A stretch of DNA of 64,000 nt from Vicinamibacteria bacterium (GCA_965215615.1 OZ244068.1:1648223-1712222); one strand, 5' to 3'. Counted from the stretch's first letter, positions 9,330 to 18,750 are shown. Numbers and translations are program-made. The notes: generated by a model not told the origin, from the letters alone.

Positions 9330-10620
9330 CGAATTCCTCGTTCTCCAGCACCCGGAGGTGGAAAGGAAGGGTGGTGTGGACTCCCTCGATCACCATCTCA
9401 CGGAGCGCCCGGCGCATGCGCGCCACCGCCATCTCGCGATTCTCTCCGTGCGCGATGACCTTGGCCAGCAGCGAGTCGTACCACGGAGGCACGTCGGCAC
9501 CGGCGTGGAATGCGGTGTCCACCCGGATGCCCGGCCCGCCGGGGCTGTGGAATTCCCGGATGCGCCCCGGTGAAGGGGCGAAGGTCTCCGGGTGTTCGGC
9601 GTTGATGCGGCACTCGACGGCCGCCCCCGAAGGAGCGAACTCCTCGCCGGCGAACGAGAGAGGCTCTCCGGCGGCTACCAGGATCTGCTCCCGCACCAGA
9701 TCCTTTCCGGTCACCATCTCGGTCACCGGATGCTCGACCTGGATCCGGACGTTCATCTCGCTGAAGTAGAAGTTGCCTTCGGGATCCATCAGGAACTCGA
9801 CCGTCCCGGCGTTCCGGTAGGAGACCGCCTCGGCTGCCCGGACGGCCGCCTCGCCCAGCTCTTCGCGGAGCTTCGCGGAAATCCCGGGGGCCGGCGATTC
9901 CTCCACGAGCTTCTGGTGGCGACGCTGGACCGAACAATCCCGCTCGCCGAGATGGGTGGTGTTTCCGTGAGCATCGGCGAACACCTGCACCTCGACGTGG
10001 CGGACGCTCTGAAGGAAGCGCTCGAGGTAGAGAGCGCCGTCTCCGAAAGCCGCCTGCGCCTCGCTCGAAGCGGACTGGAAAGCAGCTTCGAGCTCCGGGA
10101 GCTCCCGGACGATCCGCATGCCGCGCCCACCACCGCCGAACGATGCCTTGAGCAACACCGGAAAGCCCACGTCCCGGGCGATGCGGGCTGCTTCCTCGGG
10201 GCTCGCAATGGGTTCCTCCACGCCGGGAAGCACCGGAACCCCGGCATCGCGCATGACCCGGCGGGCGAGCGCCTTGTCCCCCATGGTGCGAATCGCCTCC
10301 GGCCCCGGCCCGATGAAGGTCACCCGGCAGCTTTCGCACACTTCGGCGAGCGCCGCGCTCTCGGCCAGAAAGCCGTAGCCCGGATGGATGGCATCGGCAC
10401 CCGCGATCTCGGCAGCGGTGAGGATGCGGGGGACATCCAGATAGCTTTCCTTCGGTGCCGGAGGGCCGATGCAGATCGCCTCGTCGGCGAGGCGCGTCGG
10501 CAGGGAACCCGAATCGGCCGACGAATGAACGACCACCGTCTGGATCCCGAGGTCACGGCAGGCCGCGAGAATCCGGACCGCGATCTCTCCCCGGTTCGCG
10601 ATCAGAACCTTGTGGAACAT
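9286..10620 (-). CDS. accC: acetyl-CoA carboxylase biotin carboxylase subunit
   Basis: 'MFHKVLIANRGEIAVRI...' ATP-grasp biotin carboxylase, full length 444 aa. Confidence 0.95.
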   Translation of the reverse strand: MFHKVLIANRGEIAVRILAACRDLGIQTVVVHSSADSGSLPTRLADEAICIGPPAPKESYLDVPRILTAAEIAGADAIHPGYGFLAESAALAEVCESCRVTFIGPGPEAIRTMGDKALARRVMRDAGVPVLPGVEEPIASPEEAARIARDVGFPVLLKASFGGGGRGMRIVRELPELEAAFQSASSEAQAAFGDGALYLERFLQSVRHVEVQVFADAHGNTTHLGERDCSVQRRHQKLVEESPAPGISAKLREELGEAAVRAAEAVSYRNAGTVEFLMDPEGNFYFSEMNVRIQVEHPVTEMVTGKDLVREQILVAAGEPLSFAGEEFAPSGAAVECRINAEHPETFAPSPGRIREFHSPGGPGIRVDTAFHAGADVPPWYDSLLAKVIAHGENREMAVARMRRALREMVIEGVHTTLPFHLRVLENEEFVAGGFDTGILERMG

Positions 10621-10651
10621 CGGCTGGCGAACGTGGCCCTTCCGGGGCGAA

Positions 10652-11119
10652 TCAGCCCGGACGGATCGTGAGAAGGCGATCTCCGAACTGGACCGGCGAT
10701 CCGTCCTCGCAGGCGATCCCGACCACCTCGCCCGCGCATTCGGCGACGATGTTGTTCATCAGCTTCATGGCTTCGATGATGCAGAGCACCTGGCCTTCCT
10801 CGACCCGGTCTCCGGGCGCGACGAACGGGTCCGCATCGGGGCGGGGGCGCCGGTAGAAGGTGCCCACCATCGGTGCCTCGACGACGACGAGCCCGGCATC
10901 CTGATCCGATTCCGGAGGAGCGGGGGCGGGATCTGCGGGACTTCCCGAAGCGAGCGGAGGCGCGGATGCGGGGCCGAACACCGCCGCGGGAGCGCTCCGG
11001 GAGACCCGGACCCGGGCATCCCCGAGGCGGATTTCCACCTCGTGGAAACCACTCTCGCCAAGGCGCTCGACCGCTTCGAGCAGTTCGGGGAGAGTGGGAC
11101 CGGAAGGAGACGGGGACAC
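10652..11119 (-). CDS. accB: biotin carboxyl carrier protein
   Basis: Biotinyl motif 'EAMKLMN'; proline/alanine linker; immediately upstream of accC. Confidence 0.9.
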   Translation of the reverse strand: MSPSPSGPTLPELLEAVERLGESGFHEVEIRLGDARVRVSRSAPAAVFGPASAPPLASGSPADPAPAPPESDQDAGLVVVEAPMVGTFYRRPRPDADPFVAPGDRVEEGQVLCIIEAMKLMNNIVAECAGEVVGIACEDGSPVQFGDRLLTIRPG

Positions 11120-11170
11120 GGCAGCGCGGGGAACGGTACCACAGACAAACCGCCTCTTCCCGAACGGAAA

Positions 11171-12928
11171 TCAGCCCTCCCGAACCTCTTCTCCGGCCGG
11201 ATTCCGAAGGCGCGGCGTGAGAAAAATGATCAGCTCTTCCTCCCGCTCACGCGACCCGGAAGACCGGAAGAGCCTCCCCAGCAGCGGGATGCGATGGAGG
11301 AAGGGAACGCGCTGTTGGTCTTCCGATTCCTGGGTAACGAACACGCCCCCCAGAACCGTCGTCTGCCCGTCCACGACCCGGACCCGGGTGGTCGCCTGCT
11401 GGGTCAGGATGCTCGGGATTCCCCCGACCGCCTGCCCGAAGTCGAGGGTGTCGTTGTTGACCGCGAGATCCAGCAGGATGGTCCCGTCGGGGCCGATCTC
11501 GGGCGTGACGGTGAGCTCGAGCACCGCATCCTGGAATTGGACGGTCACCGTGTTGTTGGCCACCACCTGGACCGGGAAGGTGACTCCCTGCTTGATGGTC
11601 GCCGGACGGGCGTTCTGGGCCACGATGCGCGGCGCCGAAAGGATCCGGAGATCGCCACGCCGCTCGGCGGCGGTGAGCGCCAGATCGATGCGATCCACTC
11701 CGGGAATGGCACCGAGCGCGATCCCGAGCGCCCCGGTCGGCCTCCCGACAGCCGGGAGGTTCACCGCGTATCCCGGCCTGCTTCCGTCCGGTGCCGCAGG
11801 CGGGAGCAGGCCCCCTTCCGCTCCTTCGGTGAACCCGGACGTTCCGGAGGCTCCGAGCGCGCCACCGTCCACCCGGGCTTCTCCCCCGGAGCCGCCGCGG
11901 ATCACTTCCCCGCCCCACTGGATTCCGAGGCTGCGGCTCTCGGACCGGGTGGTCAGAACGATCCGCGCCTCGATTTCGACCCCCGGGACCGCCACGTCGA
12001 GAGCCGAGATCATGTCTTCCAGCGCTTCCATCCTCCCTTCCACTTCGCGAATCAGAAGAACACCGGTCCGGGCATCCGCGATCAGGGAGCCCCGCTCGCT
12101 CAGCCGTTCGGCGAGCAGATCCCGGACCTGCTCCGGAGAGACGTGCGCGAGCCGTCTCACCCGGCTCAGGAGGGCACCGGCCAACTCCTGCTCTTCCTCC
12201 TGCCGGGCGCGCTCGATTTCTTCGGCGGAAAGCTCGGAGAGCGTCCCGACCCGCAGCACGGTTCCCTCGAGAGTCCAGCCGAGCCCGCGCGAGCGAAGGA
12301 TCACATCGAGAGCCTGATCCCAGGGAGTTTCGGTGAGACGAAGGCTGATCCGCCCGGCGACCGTGGGCTGGAGCACGAAGTCGAGCCCGCTCACCTCCCC
12401 GAGCACCCGGAGCACGTCCCGGATGTCGGCATCCCGAAAATCGAGCGTGACCCGCTCCGCCTCCAGCTCTTCCATCTCCTGCTGCTCGATTTCCTTCTCT
12501 TCCTCCGGGGCCGGTGATTCTCCCGGCGGTTCCTCCAGCGGTTCGGGCGGGGCCGGAACATCCCCGGATGCCGAGGCGCAAGCGATTTCGAGACCGCCCG
12601 AGGCTTCGTCGAAATCACATCGGACCCCGGAGCTCAGTTCGAGCACGAGTTCGGCCTGCCCGTCCCCGGCGACGCGGATCCGCACGCTCCGGATCTCGGC
12701 AGTCCCGACTTCCCAGACACCCCGGACCGCGCCGATGTCCACCCGGCCGAGCCCGAGCGTCATCCGCTCGCTTCCCCGCAGGATGCTCACCGGCGACAAC
12801 GGGCCATCGGCGAGCAACCGCACCCGGGTGATTTCCAGATCGCGGCGCAACTCCACTGCGGTGACCGGAAGAAGCGGAGCTTCGGTCTGTGCTCCGAACG
12901 AACAGGCAAAAAGGACCGCGAGAATCAT
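11171..12928 (-). CDS. pilQ: type IV pilus secretin PilQ
   Basis: Signal peptide; AMIN-like N-domain; C-terminal secretin domain '...VPFLHRIPLLGRLF...LIIFLTPRL'; 4-nt overlap with the upstream pil gene. Confidence 0.85.
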   Translation of the reverse strand: MILAVLFACSFGAQTEAPLLPVTAVELRRDLEITRVRLLADGPLSPVSILRGSERMTLGLGRVDIGAVRGVWEVGTAEIRSVRIRVAGDGQAELVLELSSGVRCDFDEASGGLEIACASASGDVPAPPEPLEEPPGESPAPEEEKEIEQQEMEELEAERVTLDFRDADIRDVLRVLGEVSGLDFVLQPTVAGRISLRLTETPWDQALDVILRSRGLGWTLEGTVLRVGTLSELSAEEIERARQEEEQELAGALLSRVRRLAHVSPEQVRDLLAERLSERGSLIADARTGVLLIREVEGRMEALEDMISALDVAVPGVEIEARIVLTTRSESRSLGIQWGGEVIRGGSGGEARVDGGALGASGTSGFTEGAEGGLLPPAAPDGSRPGYAVNLPAVGRPTGALGIALGAIPGVDRIDLALTAAERRGDLRILSAPRIVAQNARPATIKQGVTFPVQVVANNTVTVQFQDAVLELTVTPEIGPDGTILLDLAVNNDTLDFGQAVGGIPSILTQQATTRVRVVDGQTTVLGGVFVTQESEDQQRVPFLHRIPLLGRLFRSSGSREREEELIIFLTPRLRNPAGEEVREG

Positions 12929-13323
12929 GGCGGAGCGCCCTCTTCGGCGGGGAGCGCGAGGGGAATCTGCAGCTCGTTTTCGGGGTCCGACCGAAGCACG
13001 AAAAAGACCCCTTCCCGATCGACCCCGGAAACGATGCCGTCCATCAGGGAATCACCAGGGCGTGCGACGAACCCGTCCCCACGGGGGGATTCGAGCACCG
13101 CCAGCCCGTCCCTCGGGATATCCCCGCGGACCAGCACTCCCCGGACACGGATCTCCGAAATCAGCCAGCCGGCGAGACCCGCCGGGCGCTCGGCATCGAT
13201 CGGAGCCGGCGGCGGCCGGAAGGGATCCCGTCCTTCCTCCCGTCTTTCCTGGGCGATTCCCGGAGAAGCCATGAGCAAGGCTGCTCCGGGGATCGAGGTG
13301 ACGATCCACCGGAAAACCATCAC
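12925..13323 (-). CDS. pilP: pilus assembly lipoprotein PilP-like
   Basis: Small signal-peptide protein in the pilO-pilQ position, translationally coupled (4-nt overlaps). Confidence 0.55.
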   Translation of the reverse strand: MMVFRWIVTSIPGAALLMASPGIAQERREEGRDPFRPPPAPIDAERPAGLAGWLISEIRVRGVLVRGDIPRDGLAVLESPRGDGFVARPGDSLMDGIVSGVDREGVFFVLRSDPENELQIPLALPAEEGAPP

Positions 13324-13901
13324 CGCCCCTCGTCAGCAGGTTCGGGCATAACCGATTCCGGGCCGATCACCACCGCGACGAATCGCCCGGAAAGCGCTCC
13401 GCCGGGCTCCGCGGGGGCCGAGAGCTCGAAGTCATCGATCACGATCGCCTTGCCGAACCCGGCGACTCTCTCGAAGAACCGAACGAAATCGAAGTAGTTG
13501 CCCTCCGCTTCCACCGCGGCCGAACGAGCCGTGAAGGGCCCCATCGAGAACGCCGGTTCCGGGGCGAACCGGCGCATGCGGAGGCCTTCCTCGGTGGCGG
13601 CGGCCGCCAGCGAATCCAGCAGATCCTGCGCTTGTTGGCCGGCGCTCAGAACCCCGCGAAGGATCTCGACCTGACGTGCCTGGCGGTCGAGGTCGGCGCG
13701 CGCCACTTCGGCCACCTTCCGATCTCCGTCGCCCCCGCTCGCTTCCGCCGAGCGCAGGTCGTCACCAAGCCGGGCCACCCGGCTCTCTTCCGCGAGAAGC
13801 GCCGCCTGCTTCGCGGGTCGCACGAAAAGGCGGAAGCCGAACTGAATCCCGAGCGCGATGACCAGAAAAGGGAGGATCCACCGCAGGGTGGACGCGGTCA
13901 T
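13320..13901 (-). CDS. pilO: type IV pilus assembly protein PilO
   Basis: 193-aa protein with one N-terminal TM helix then a coiled coil; ATG at 13899-13901; the track ORF is a 5' extension. Confidence 0.65.
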   Translation of the reverse strand: MTASTLRWILPFLVIALGIQFGFRLFVRPAKQAALLAEESRVARLGDDLRSAEASGGDGDRKVAEVARADLDRQARQVEILRGVLSAGQQAQDLLDSLAAAATEEGLRMRRFAPEPAFSMGPFTARSAAVEAEGNYFDFVRFFERVAGFGKAIVIDDFELSAPAEPGGALSGRFVAVVIGPESVMPEPADEGR

Positions 13902-14578
13902 GACCCCTCCCCGTCGCCGCCGAGCGCCGCGATCAGGGCGACGAGCGGTTCGGGTTCGCGCGAGTTGAACCGGAGCGCACCCGCGAGCGAGAAGCGGTGA
14001 TCCCCCAACATCGTGGCCCGAACGTCTCCTCCCCCTCCGCGTTCGACGTACTGGAGAGTCAACGTCCGGACCCGATCCATCCCGGCGAACCGCTCCGCGG
14101 CGCTCCGGGCCGCACCGGTGGACCCGGTCCGTCCGGTAATCACGAGCTCGTCTCCCCGGCGGCTCAGGTTCTCGAGAACGACCCCGTCTCCGATTTCGAG
14201 CGCGAGCTCCCGGAGCAGATCGGGGAGCACGTAGCGCTCCTCGTCCCAGCGCTCGAGACGGCCGGACACGATGTGCAGCCGTTCGAGATGTCTTCGATCC
14301 TCCGCAATCTGGCTGGCGAGTCCCTCGAGATCGGCGATCCGCGTCTCGATCTGGCCGGCGACGGCGGATTCGGCCCGATGGCGGGTGTCGAGGCGGCGCG
14401 CGTCGGTGATCGCGACCAGGGTGGAGAGCGCGACGAGCCCGGTGCCAGCGAGAAGCGGCAACGCCGCGCCCCGGACCCTCCATGGACGGGCGGACTTCTG
14501 AAGGAGGCCTTCTTCCGGAAGCAGGTTCAGGCCGCGCCGGGGGCGAGCGATGGCAGACGGGCGGGTTTCGCGTTTCAT
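13898..14578 (-). CDS. pilN: type IV pilus assembly protein PilN
   Basis: 'MKRETRPSAIARPRRGLNLLPEE' PilN-type N-terminus with TM helix; ATG at 14576-14578; overlaps pilM stop by 4 nt. Confidence 0.65.
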   Translation of the reverse strand: MKRETRPSAIARPRRGLNLLPEEGLLQKSARPWRVRGAALPLLAGTGLVALSTLVAITDARRLDTRHRAESAVAGQIETRIADLEGLASQIAEDRRHLERLHIVSGRLERWDEERYVLPDLLRELALEIGDGVVLENLSRRGDELVITGRTGSTGAARSAAERFAGMDRVRTLTLQYVERGGGGDVRATMLGDHRFSLAGALRFNSREPEPLVALIAALGGDGEGS

Positions 14579-15540
14579 GACGAGTCCTCTAGATGGTTCT
14601 TGGCGAGTCCGGCCGCAAATGCGAGCGCCGGATCCCGACGTTCGGAATCGAAAAAGCCGATCGGATCGAGAACGGCTGGCTCTCCACGGGCAAGCGGCCG
14701 GAGCACTTCGTGGATTTCCTTCTGCCCCGCCCCGCCGCCACTCAGACGCACGGAACACGGCGGAGCGAGTCCGGCCTCGGCCAGCGCTTCCGCGAGCGCA
14801 GCAGCGACGCGCTTCCCGAGCGGGGATTCGGAGAAAGCCTCCTCGGAGCCGGTGCCCACGCCCCCACCCGGAGCCTGGACGCTCGCCGCCAGATCGGCCC
14901 AGGGCACCGCATCCCCGCCCGGAGACGGCGATACGAAGCGGAATACGTGGACCGCCGCGTGGGAAGCGCCCACTTCGACGATCGAGATCGGTTGCTCCCC
15001 GACCGCCCGGGAGTCGCCGAGCCGGTTCTCGAGCTCCCAGGCGGCGAGCAGGCCGTACGGTTCGATCTCCACCCGTCGGGGCGCGAGACCGGCTCGCGCG
15101 ACCGCCCGTCCGTGGCTCAGAACCAGATCACGGCGCGCCGCGCCAAAAACGACGCACCTGCCGCCCTCGCCGTTCCACGCCCGACCCCGCTCGAAATCGA
15201 ACAGCAAATCCTGCATGTGAAACGGGATGTGCCGGGCCGCTTCGGCCTCGACCGCCTGCCGCAAGGAGCCTTCCTCCCCGGCGGAGCCTTCCGGCAGGAC
15301 GAGACGCTTGACCAGGTACGCCCTGCCGCCGACTCCCACCGAAGCCGTCCGGCTCCGGACTCCCAACCTGCCGACGAGGCGCTCCAGGGCATCGCCGGCG
15401 GCTTCCCCATCGAGTACCGCGCCTTCCCGCACCACCCCCGAAGGAAGCGGCTCGCTCCCGGCAGCAACCAGGCGGATTTCGGTCCGCTCCCGGGCGAGCG
15501 CCACCAGCTTCACCGAGGACGCACCGAAGTCCACGCCCAC
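14575..15540 (-). CDS. pilM: type IV pilus assembly ATPase-like protein PilM (actin-like)
   Basis: 'GVDFGASSVKLVAL' PilM/FtsA-like N-terminus; start uncertain (GTG at 15538-15540 just below the conserved 80-nt element, or ATG at 15618 inside it). Confidence 0.75.
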   Translation of the reverse strand: MGVDFGASSVKLVALARERTEIRLVAAGSEPLPSGVVREGAVLDGEAAGDALERLVGRLGVRSRTASVGVGGRAYLVKRLVLPEGSAGEEGSLRQAVEAEAARHIPFHMQDLLFDFERGRAWNGEGGRCVVFGAARRDLVLSHGRAVARAGLAPRRVEIEPYGLLAAWELENRLGDSRAVGEQPISIVEVGASHAAVHVFRFVSPSPGGDAVPWADLAASVQAPGGGVGTGSEEAFSESPLGKRVAAALAEALAEAGLAPPCSVRLSGGGAGQKEIHEVLRPLARGEPAVLDPIGFFDSERRDPALAFAAGLAKNHLEDSS

Positions 15541-15562
15541 CCCGAACTCGGGGCGGGACCAA

Positions 15563-15641
15563 CTGATTCGATCGGGGAACACACTTACATTGACGCAACA
15601 GCGCCCTTTTTGTCCCACCTGGGGTCCAAAATGTGGAAAAC
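15563..15641 (-). repeat. conserved ~80-nt intergenic element, copy A (inverted relative to copy B at 47215..47294)
   Basis: Reverse complement 'gttttccacattttggaccccaggtgggacaaaaagggcgctgttgcgtcaatgtaagtgtgttccccgatcgaatcag' matches 47215..47294 at ~90% identity; both copies follow a '...ATVRW' stop. Confidence 0.8.
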
Positions 15642-15660
15642 TTCTACCCCGCCCGCGCCC

Positions 15661-15985
15661 TCACCAGCGTACGGTGGCCTCGATCCCGAAGATGTGCACA
15701 CCGGGGCCAGGGGCTCCCCCTCGCGGCGGGCCGAACGCGAGGTCGGACGCCATCGGCGGACTCTGACAACTGTGTTTCTGCCCGCTACCTGCCTCAATGC
15801 GATGTCCACCGCCGAGATCACGTAGCCTTCGCGATTGGCCCCGGTGGTGCATTTCGTCGCAATTTCAGCGGGAGTACCGAGCCTTCCGTTTTCCTCTCAC
15901 CAGCGTCGTCTGCGCTTCGGCACCGGGAGCGAGGCCGAGCAGCAGCGGCAGGAAGAGAGGCACACGAAGAGAGGCACACAAAAAC
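15661..15985 (-). pseudogene. degraded paralog of the giant autotransporter-like gene (signal-peptide end fused to C-terminal beta-barrel tail)
   Basis: Minus strand encodes '...LAPGAEAQTT' (17/18-nt match to 'gccgaagcgcagacgac' at the signal-peptide end of 34409..47212). In another frame it encodes '...ASDLAFG...GVHIFGIEATVRW*', ~80% nt identity to the last ~100 nt of the giant gene; broken frames; the ~12-kb interior is missing. Confidence 0.55.
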
Positions 15986-16148
15986 GGGCGCGCCACCACG
16001 CGCGAGACGCGGGAACAACGCCTCAACCCGCCCGTTGTTGTTTCGTTGTTGGTTGGAGGGGGGCTGCACGATGTCCTGCCACCTCGTCGTTCCGGGCGAT
16101 AACGCAACCCGCAGTCATTTCGGCTGGCTTTCCGCCGTATTTCCCCTG

Positions 16149-16177
16149 TTGACCGTCGGGAGAGCCACGCCTATACT
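16149..16177 (+). promoter_or_regulatory. sigma70-type promoter candidate for rplM-rpsI
   Basis: TTGACC (16149-16154), 17-nt spacer, TATACT (16172-16177), ~100 nt upstream of the rplM ATG. Confidence 0.45.
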
Positions 16178-16276
16178 CCCGTCTCCCTTTGCGGGCGGCG
16201 GCCCCGGAGTTCGTTTCCGGTGACTGCGCCCGTCTTTTTTTGCAGGCGGATCCGAACCGCGTTTCCTTCCTCGTGC

Positions 16277-16735
16277 ATGCCTCGAACTGAATCCACCACC
16301 TTCCTGAAGGCGGGGGATGTGTCGCGTCGCTGGTACATCGTGGATGCGGATGGCCAGGTTCTCGGCAGGCTCGCCGCGCGGGTCGCCCGGGTTCTCTCCG
16401 GGAAACACAAGGCCGCCTGGACACCCTTTCTCGACTGTGGAGACCACGTCGTCGTCCTGAACGCGGCGCGGGTTCGTCTGAGCGGCAGAAAGGACGAACA
16501 GAAGATCTACTACCGGCAGAGCGGGCGTCCCGGAGGGCTGAAATCGGCAACCGCCGCCCAGGTCCGGGCGCGGCGGCCGGAGCGGCTCGTGGAAAGCGCG
16601 GTGCGCGGCATGCTGCCCAAGGGATCCCTCGGACGGAGCCAGTTCATGAAATTGAAGGTCTATGCGGGTGACCGGCATCCGCACGCGGCGCAGCAGCCCT
16701 CCCCGTTGCCGGCCGTCCTCGAGGCGCGCTCCTGA
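16277..16735 (+). CDS. rplM: 50S ribosomal protein L13
   Basis: 'RRWYIVDADGQVLGRLA...' L13 signature; ATG at 16277; stop overlaps the rpsI start (TGATG). Confidence 0.9.
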   Translation: MPRTESTTFLKAGDVSRRWYIVDADGQVLGRLAARVARVLSGKHKAAWTPFLDCGDHVVVLNAARVRLSGRKDEQKIYYRQSGRPGGLKSATAAQVRARRPERLVESAVRGMLPKGSLGRSQFMKLKVYAGDRHPHAAQQPSPLPAVLEARS

Positions 16736-17127
16736 TGTCGGCGCCTCTCGCCTACGGAACCGGGAAACGCAAGTGCTCCGTCGCCAAGGTCTTCCTCCGC
16801 GAAGGTAGCGGCGAGATCCGGATCAACCAGCGCCCGCTCGCCGACTACTTTCCCCGCTCCACCTACCAGGGGTGGGTCACCCAGCCTCTTCAGGCGACCG
16901 ATCGGACGGCCCGGTTCGACGTGGATGCCCGGGTCATGGGCGGCGGTCTCTCCGGCCAGGCCGCAGCCGTGAGGCTCGGCATCGCCCGTGCTCTCAGCGC
17001 GGGCGAGAGCGGGCTGCGGCCCGAGCTGAAACGCAGGGGGTTCCTGACGCGCGACGCAAGGCGCAAGGAACGCAAGAAGTACGGCCAGCCCGGTGCCCGC
17101 AAGCGGTTCCAGTACTCGAAGCGCTAG
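16735..17127 (+). CDS. rpsI: 30S ribosomal protein S9
   Basis: 'YGTGKRK...' and C-terminal '[10 protein letters not shown]' typical of S9. Confidence 0.9.
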   Translation: MSAPLAYGTGKRKCSVAKVFLREGSGEIRINQRPLADYFPRSTYQGWVTQPLQATDRTARFDVDARVMGGGLSGQAAAVRLGIARALSAGESGLRPELKRRGFLTRDARRKERKKYGQPGARKRFQYSKR

Positions 17128-17134
17128 ATCCCTC

Positions 17135-18046
17135 GTGTCCGAGACCACCATCAGCATGCGGGATCTGCTCGAGGCAGGTCTCCACTTCGGACACGAGACC
17201 AAGTGGTGGAACCCGAGGATGCGGCCGTATATCTACGGGACGCGCAGCGGTATCCACATCCTGGATCTCAACCAGACGCTCCCCATGTTCCGGGACGCGC
17301 TGCACTTCATCTCCCGTCTCGGGGCCGAAGGGAAGACGATCCTGTTCGTGGGAACGAAGCGCCAGGCCCAGGAAGTGATCGCGTCGGAAGCGAGCCGGGT
17401 GGACGCTTTCTACGTGAACCACCGGTGGCTCGGCGGCCTCCTCACCAACTTCAAGACGATCCGCAAGAGCATCGCGCGTTTCCAGGAGCTTCGGGACATC
17501 ACCGACAATGCGGATCCCGGTGGCTTCTCGAACAAGGCCCGGTCGCGACTCGACAAGCGCCGCCGCCGGCTCGAAAAGACGCTCGCCGGGATCGAGAAGA
17601 TGGAGCGGCTGCCGGATGCGATCTGCATCGTCGATCCGAAGAACGAAATGATCGCGGTGCACGAGGCGCGAAAGCTCGGGATTCCGATCATCGCCATCGT
17701 GGATTCGGACTGCGACCCGGATCTCATCGACTACATCATCCCCGGCAATGACGACGCGCTGCGCGCCATCCGCCTGTTCGCCTCCCGCGTCGCGAGTGCC
17801 TTCGAGGAAGGCCGCCGCCTTTACGGCAGCGTCGAGACCGAAGATTTCGCCGAACCGGTAGCGGAAACTCCTGACGCGCTCGAAGAGAACGGGGCCGAAG
17901 CGAGCCAGGAGACTTCCCCTAACCCGGAAGACCCTAACCCGGAAGAGCCCGTTGAAACCGCTGTCGAGACTCCCGAAGAAGCCGAAACACCGCCCCCCGA
18001 ACCGGAATTTCCCGCCGACTCCTCCTCCGACCCTTCGTCCGCCTGA
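17135..18046 (+). CDS. rpsB: 30S ribosomal protein S2
   Basis: '[14 protein letters not shown]'; probable GTG start at 17135 (the ATG at 17156 would cut off conserved N-terminal residues); acidic C-terminal tail. Confidence 0.85.
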   Translation: MSETTISMRDLLEAGLHFGHETKWWNPRMRPYIYGTRSGIHILDLNQTLPMFRDALHFISRLGAEGKTILFVGTKRQAQEVIASEASRVDAFYVNHRWLGGLLTNFKTIRKSIARFQELRDITDNADPGGFSNKARSRLDKRRRRLEKTLAGIEKMERLPDAICIVDPKNEMIAVHEARKLGIPIIAIVDSDCDPDLIDYIIPGNDDALRAIRLFASRVASAFEEGRRLYGSVETEDFAEPVAETPDALEENGAEASQETSPNPEDPNPEEPVETAVETPEEAETPPPEPEFPADSSSDPSSA

Positions 18047-18103
18047 AGGGCGACGGACGGACGGGCGAAACCCACGAAAAACCCATCGAGGATGTGACTT
18101 GAA

Positions 18104-18736
18104 ATGCCCGCCATCTCCGCCCAACAGGTCAAGAATCTCCGCGACCGGACCGGTGCCGGGTTCGCCGACTGCAAAAAGGCGCTCACCGAGGCCGGCGGCG
18201 ACTTCGACAAGGCCATCCGCCTGCTCCGCGAAAAGGGGGTGGCCGCCGCCGAAAAGCGTGCCGGCCGGCGCGCGAGCGAGGGGCTGATCCACTCCTACAT
18301 CCACGATGGCCGCATCGGCGTCATGGTGGAACTCTCCTGCGAGACGGATTTCGTCGCCCGCAACCAGACCTTCCGCCAACTCGCGAACGATGTTGCGATC
18401 CACATCGCGAGCAACTACCCGGCGCCGGCGCGCTGGGTGCGTCGGGAGGATGTGCCGGAATCGGTGCTGGATTCGGAGAAGGAGCTCATCCACACCCAGA
18501 TCGCGAACGACCCGAAGAACGCGAAGAAACCCCCGCAGGTCGTCGAGCGGATCGTCAGCGGGAAGCTGGATCGCTTCCTGTCGGAGCGAGTGCTGCTGGA
18601 TCAGCCCTGGGCGCTCGACGACAGCAAGGACATGAAGGTTCGGGATCGGGTGCTCGAAGCCGCGCAGGCCATCAAGGAGAACATCCAGATCCGCCGGTTC
18701 ATCCGATTCGAACGGGGCGAGGAATCAGGCGGCTGA
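18104..18736 (+). CDS. tsf: elongation factor Ts (short form)
   Basis: 'ISAQQVKNLRDRTGAGFADCKKALTEAGGDFDKAIRLLREKG' UBA-like N-terminus of EF-Ts. Confidence 0.9.
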   Translation: MPAISAQQVKNLRDRTGAGFADCKKALTEAGGDFDKAIRLLREKGVAAAEKRAGRRASEGLIHSYIHDGRIGVMVELSCETDFVARNQTFRQLANDVAIHIASNYPAPARWVRREDVPESVLDSEKELIHTQIANDPKNAKKPPQVVERIVSGKLDRFLSERVLLDQPWALDDSKDMKVRDRVLEAAQAIKENIQIRRFIRFERGEESGG

Positions 18737-18750
18737 CCGGAGCATCCCGG

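Noticed and set aside
13320-14758. Long N-terminal extensions of the pilO (387 aa) and pilN (286 aa) ORFs
   Set aside because: The true proteins begin at internal ATGs (13901, 14578) that restore the characteristic 4-nt translational coupling of the pilMNOPQ operon; the extensions overlap the upstream gene in another frame.
15957-15984. 14-bp tandem direct repeat 'gaggcacacgaaga gaggcacacaaaaa' in the remnant region
   Set aside because: Only two imperfect units inside a decaying pseudogene; likely incidental.
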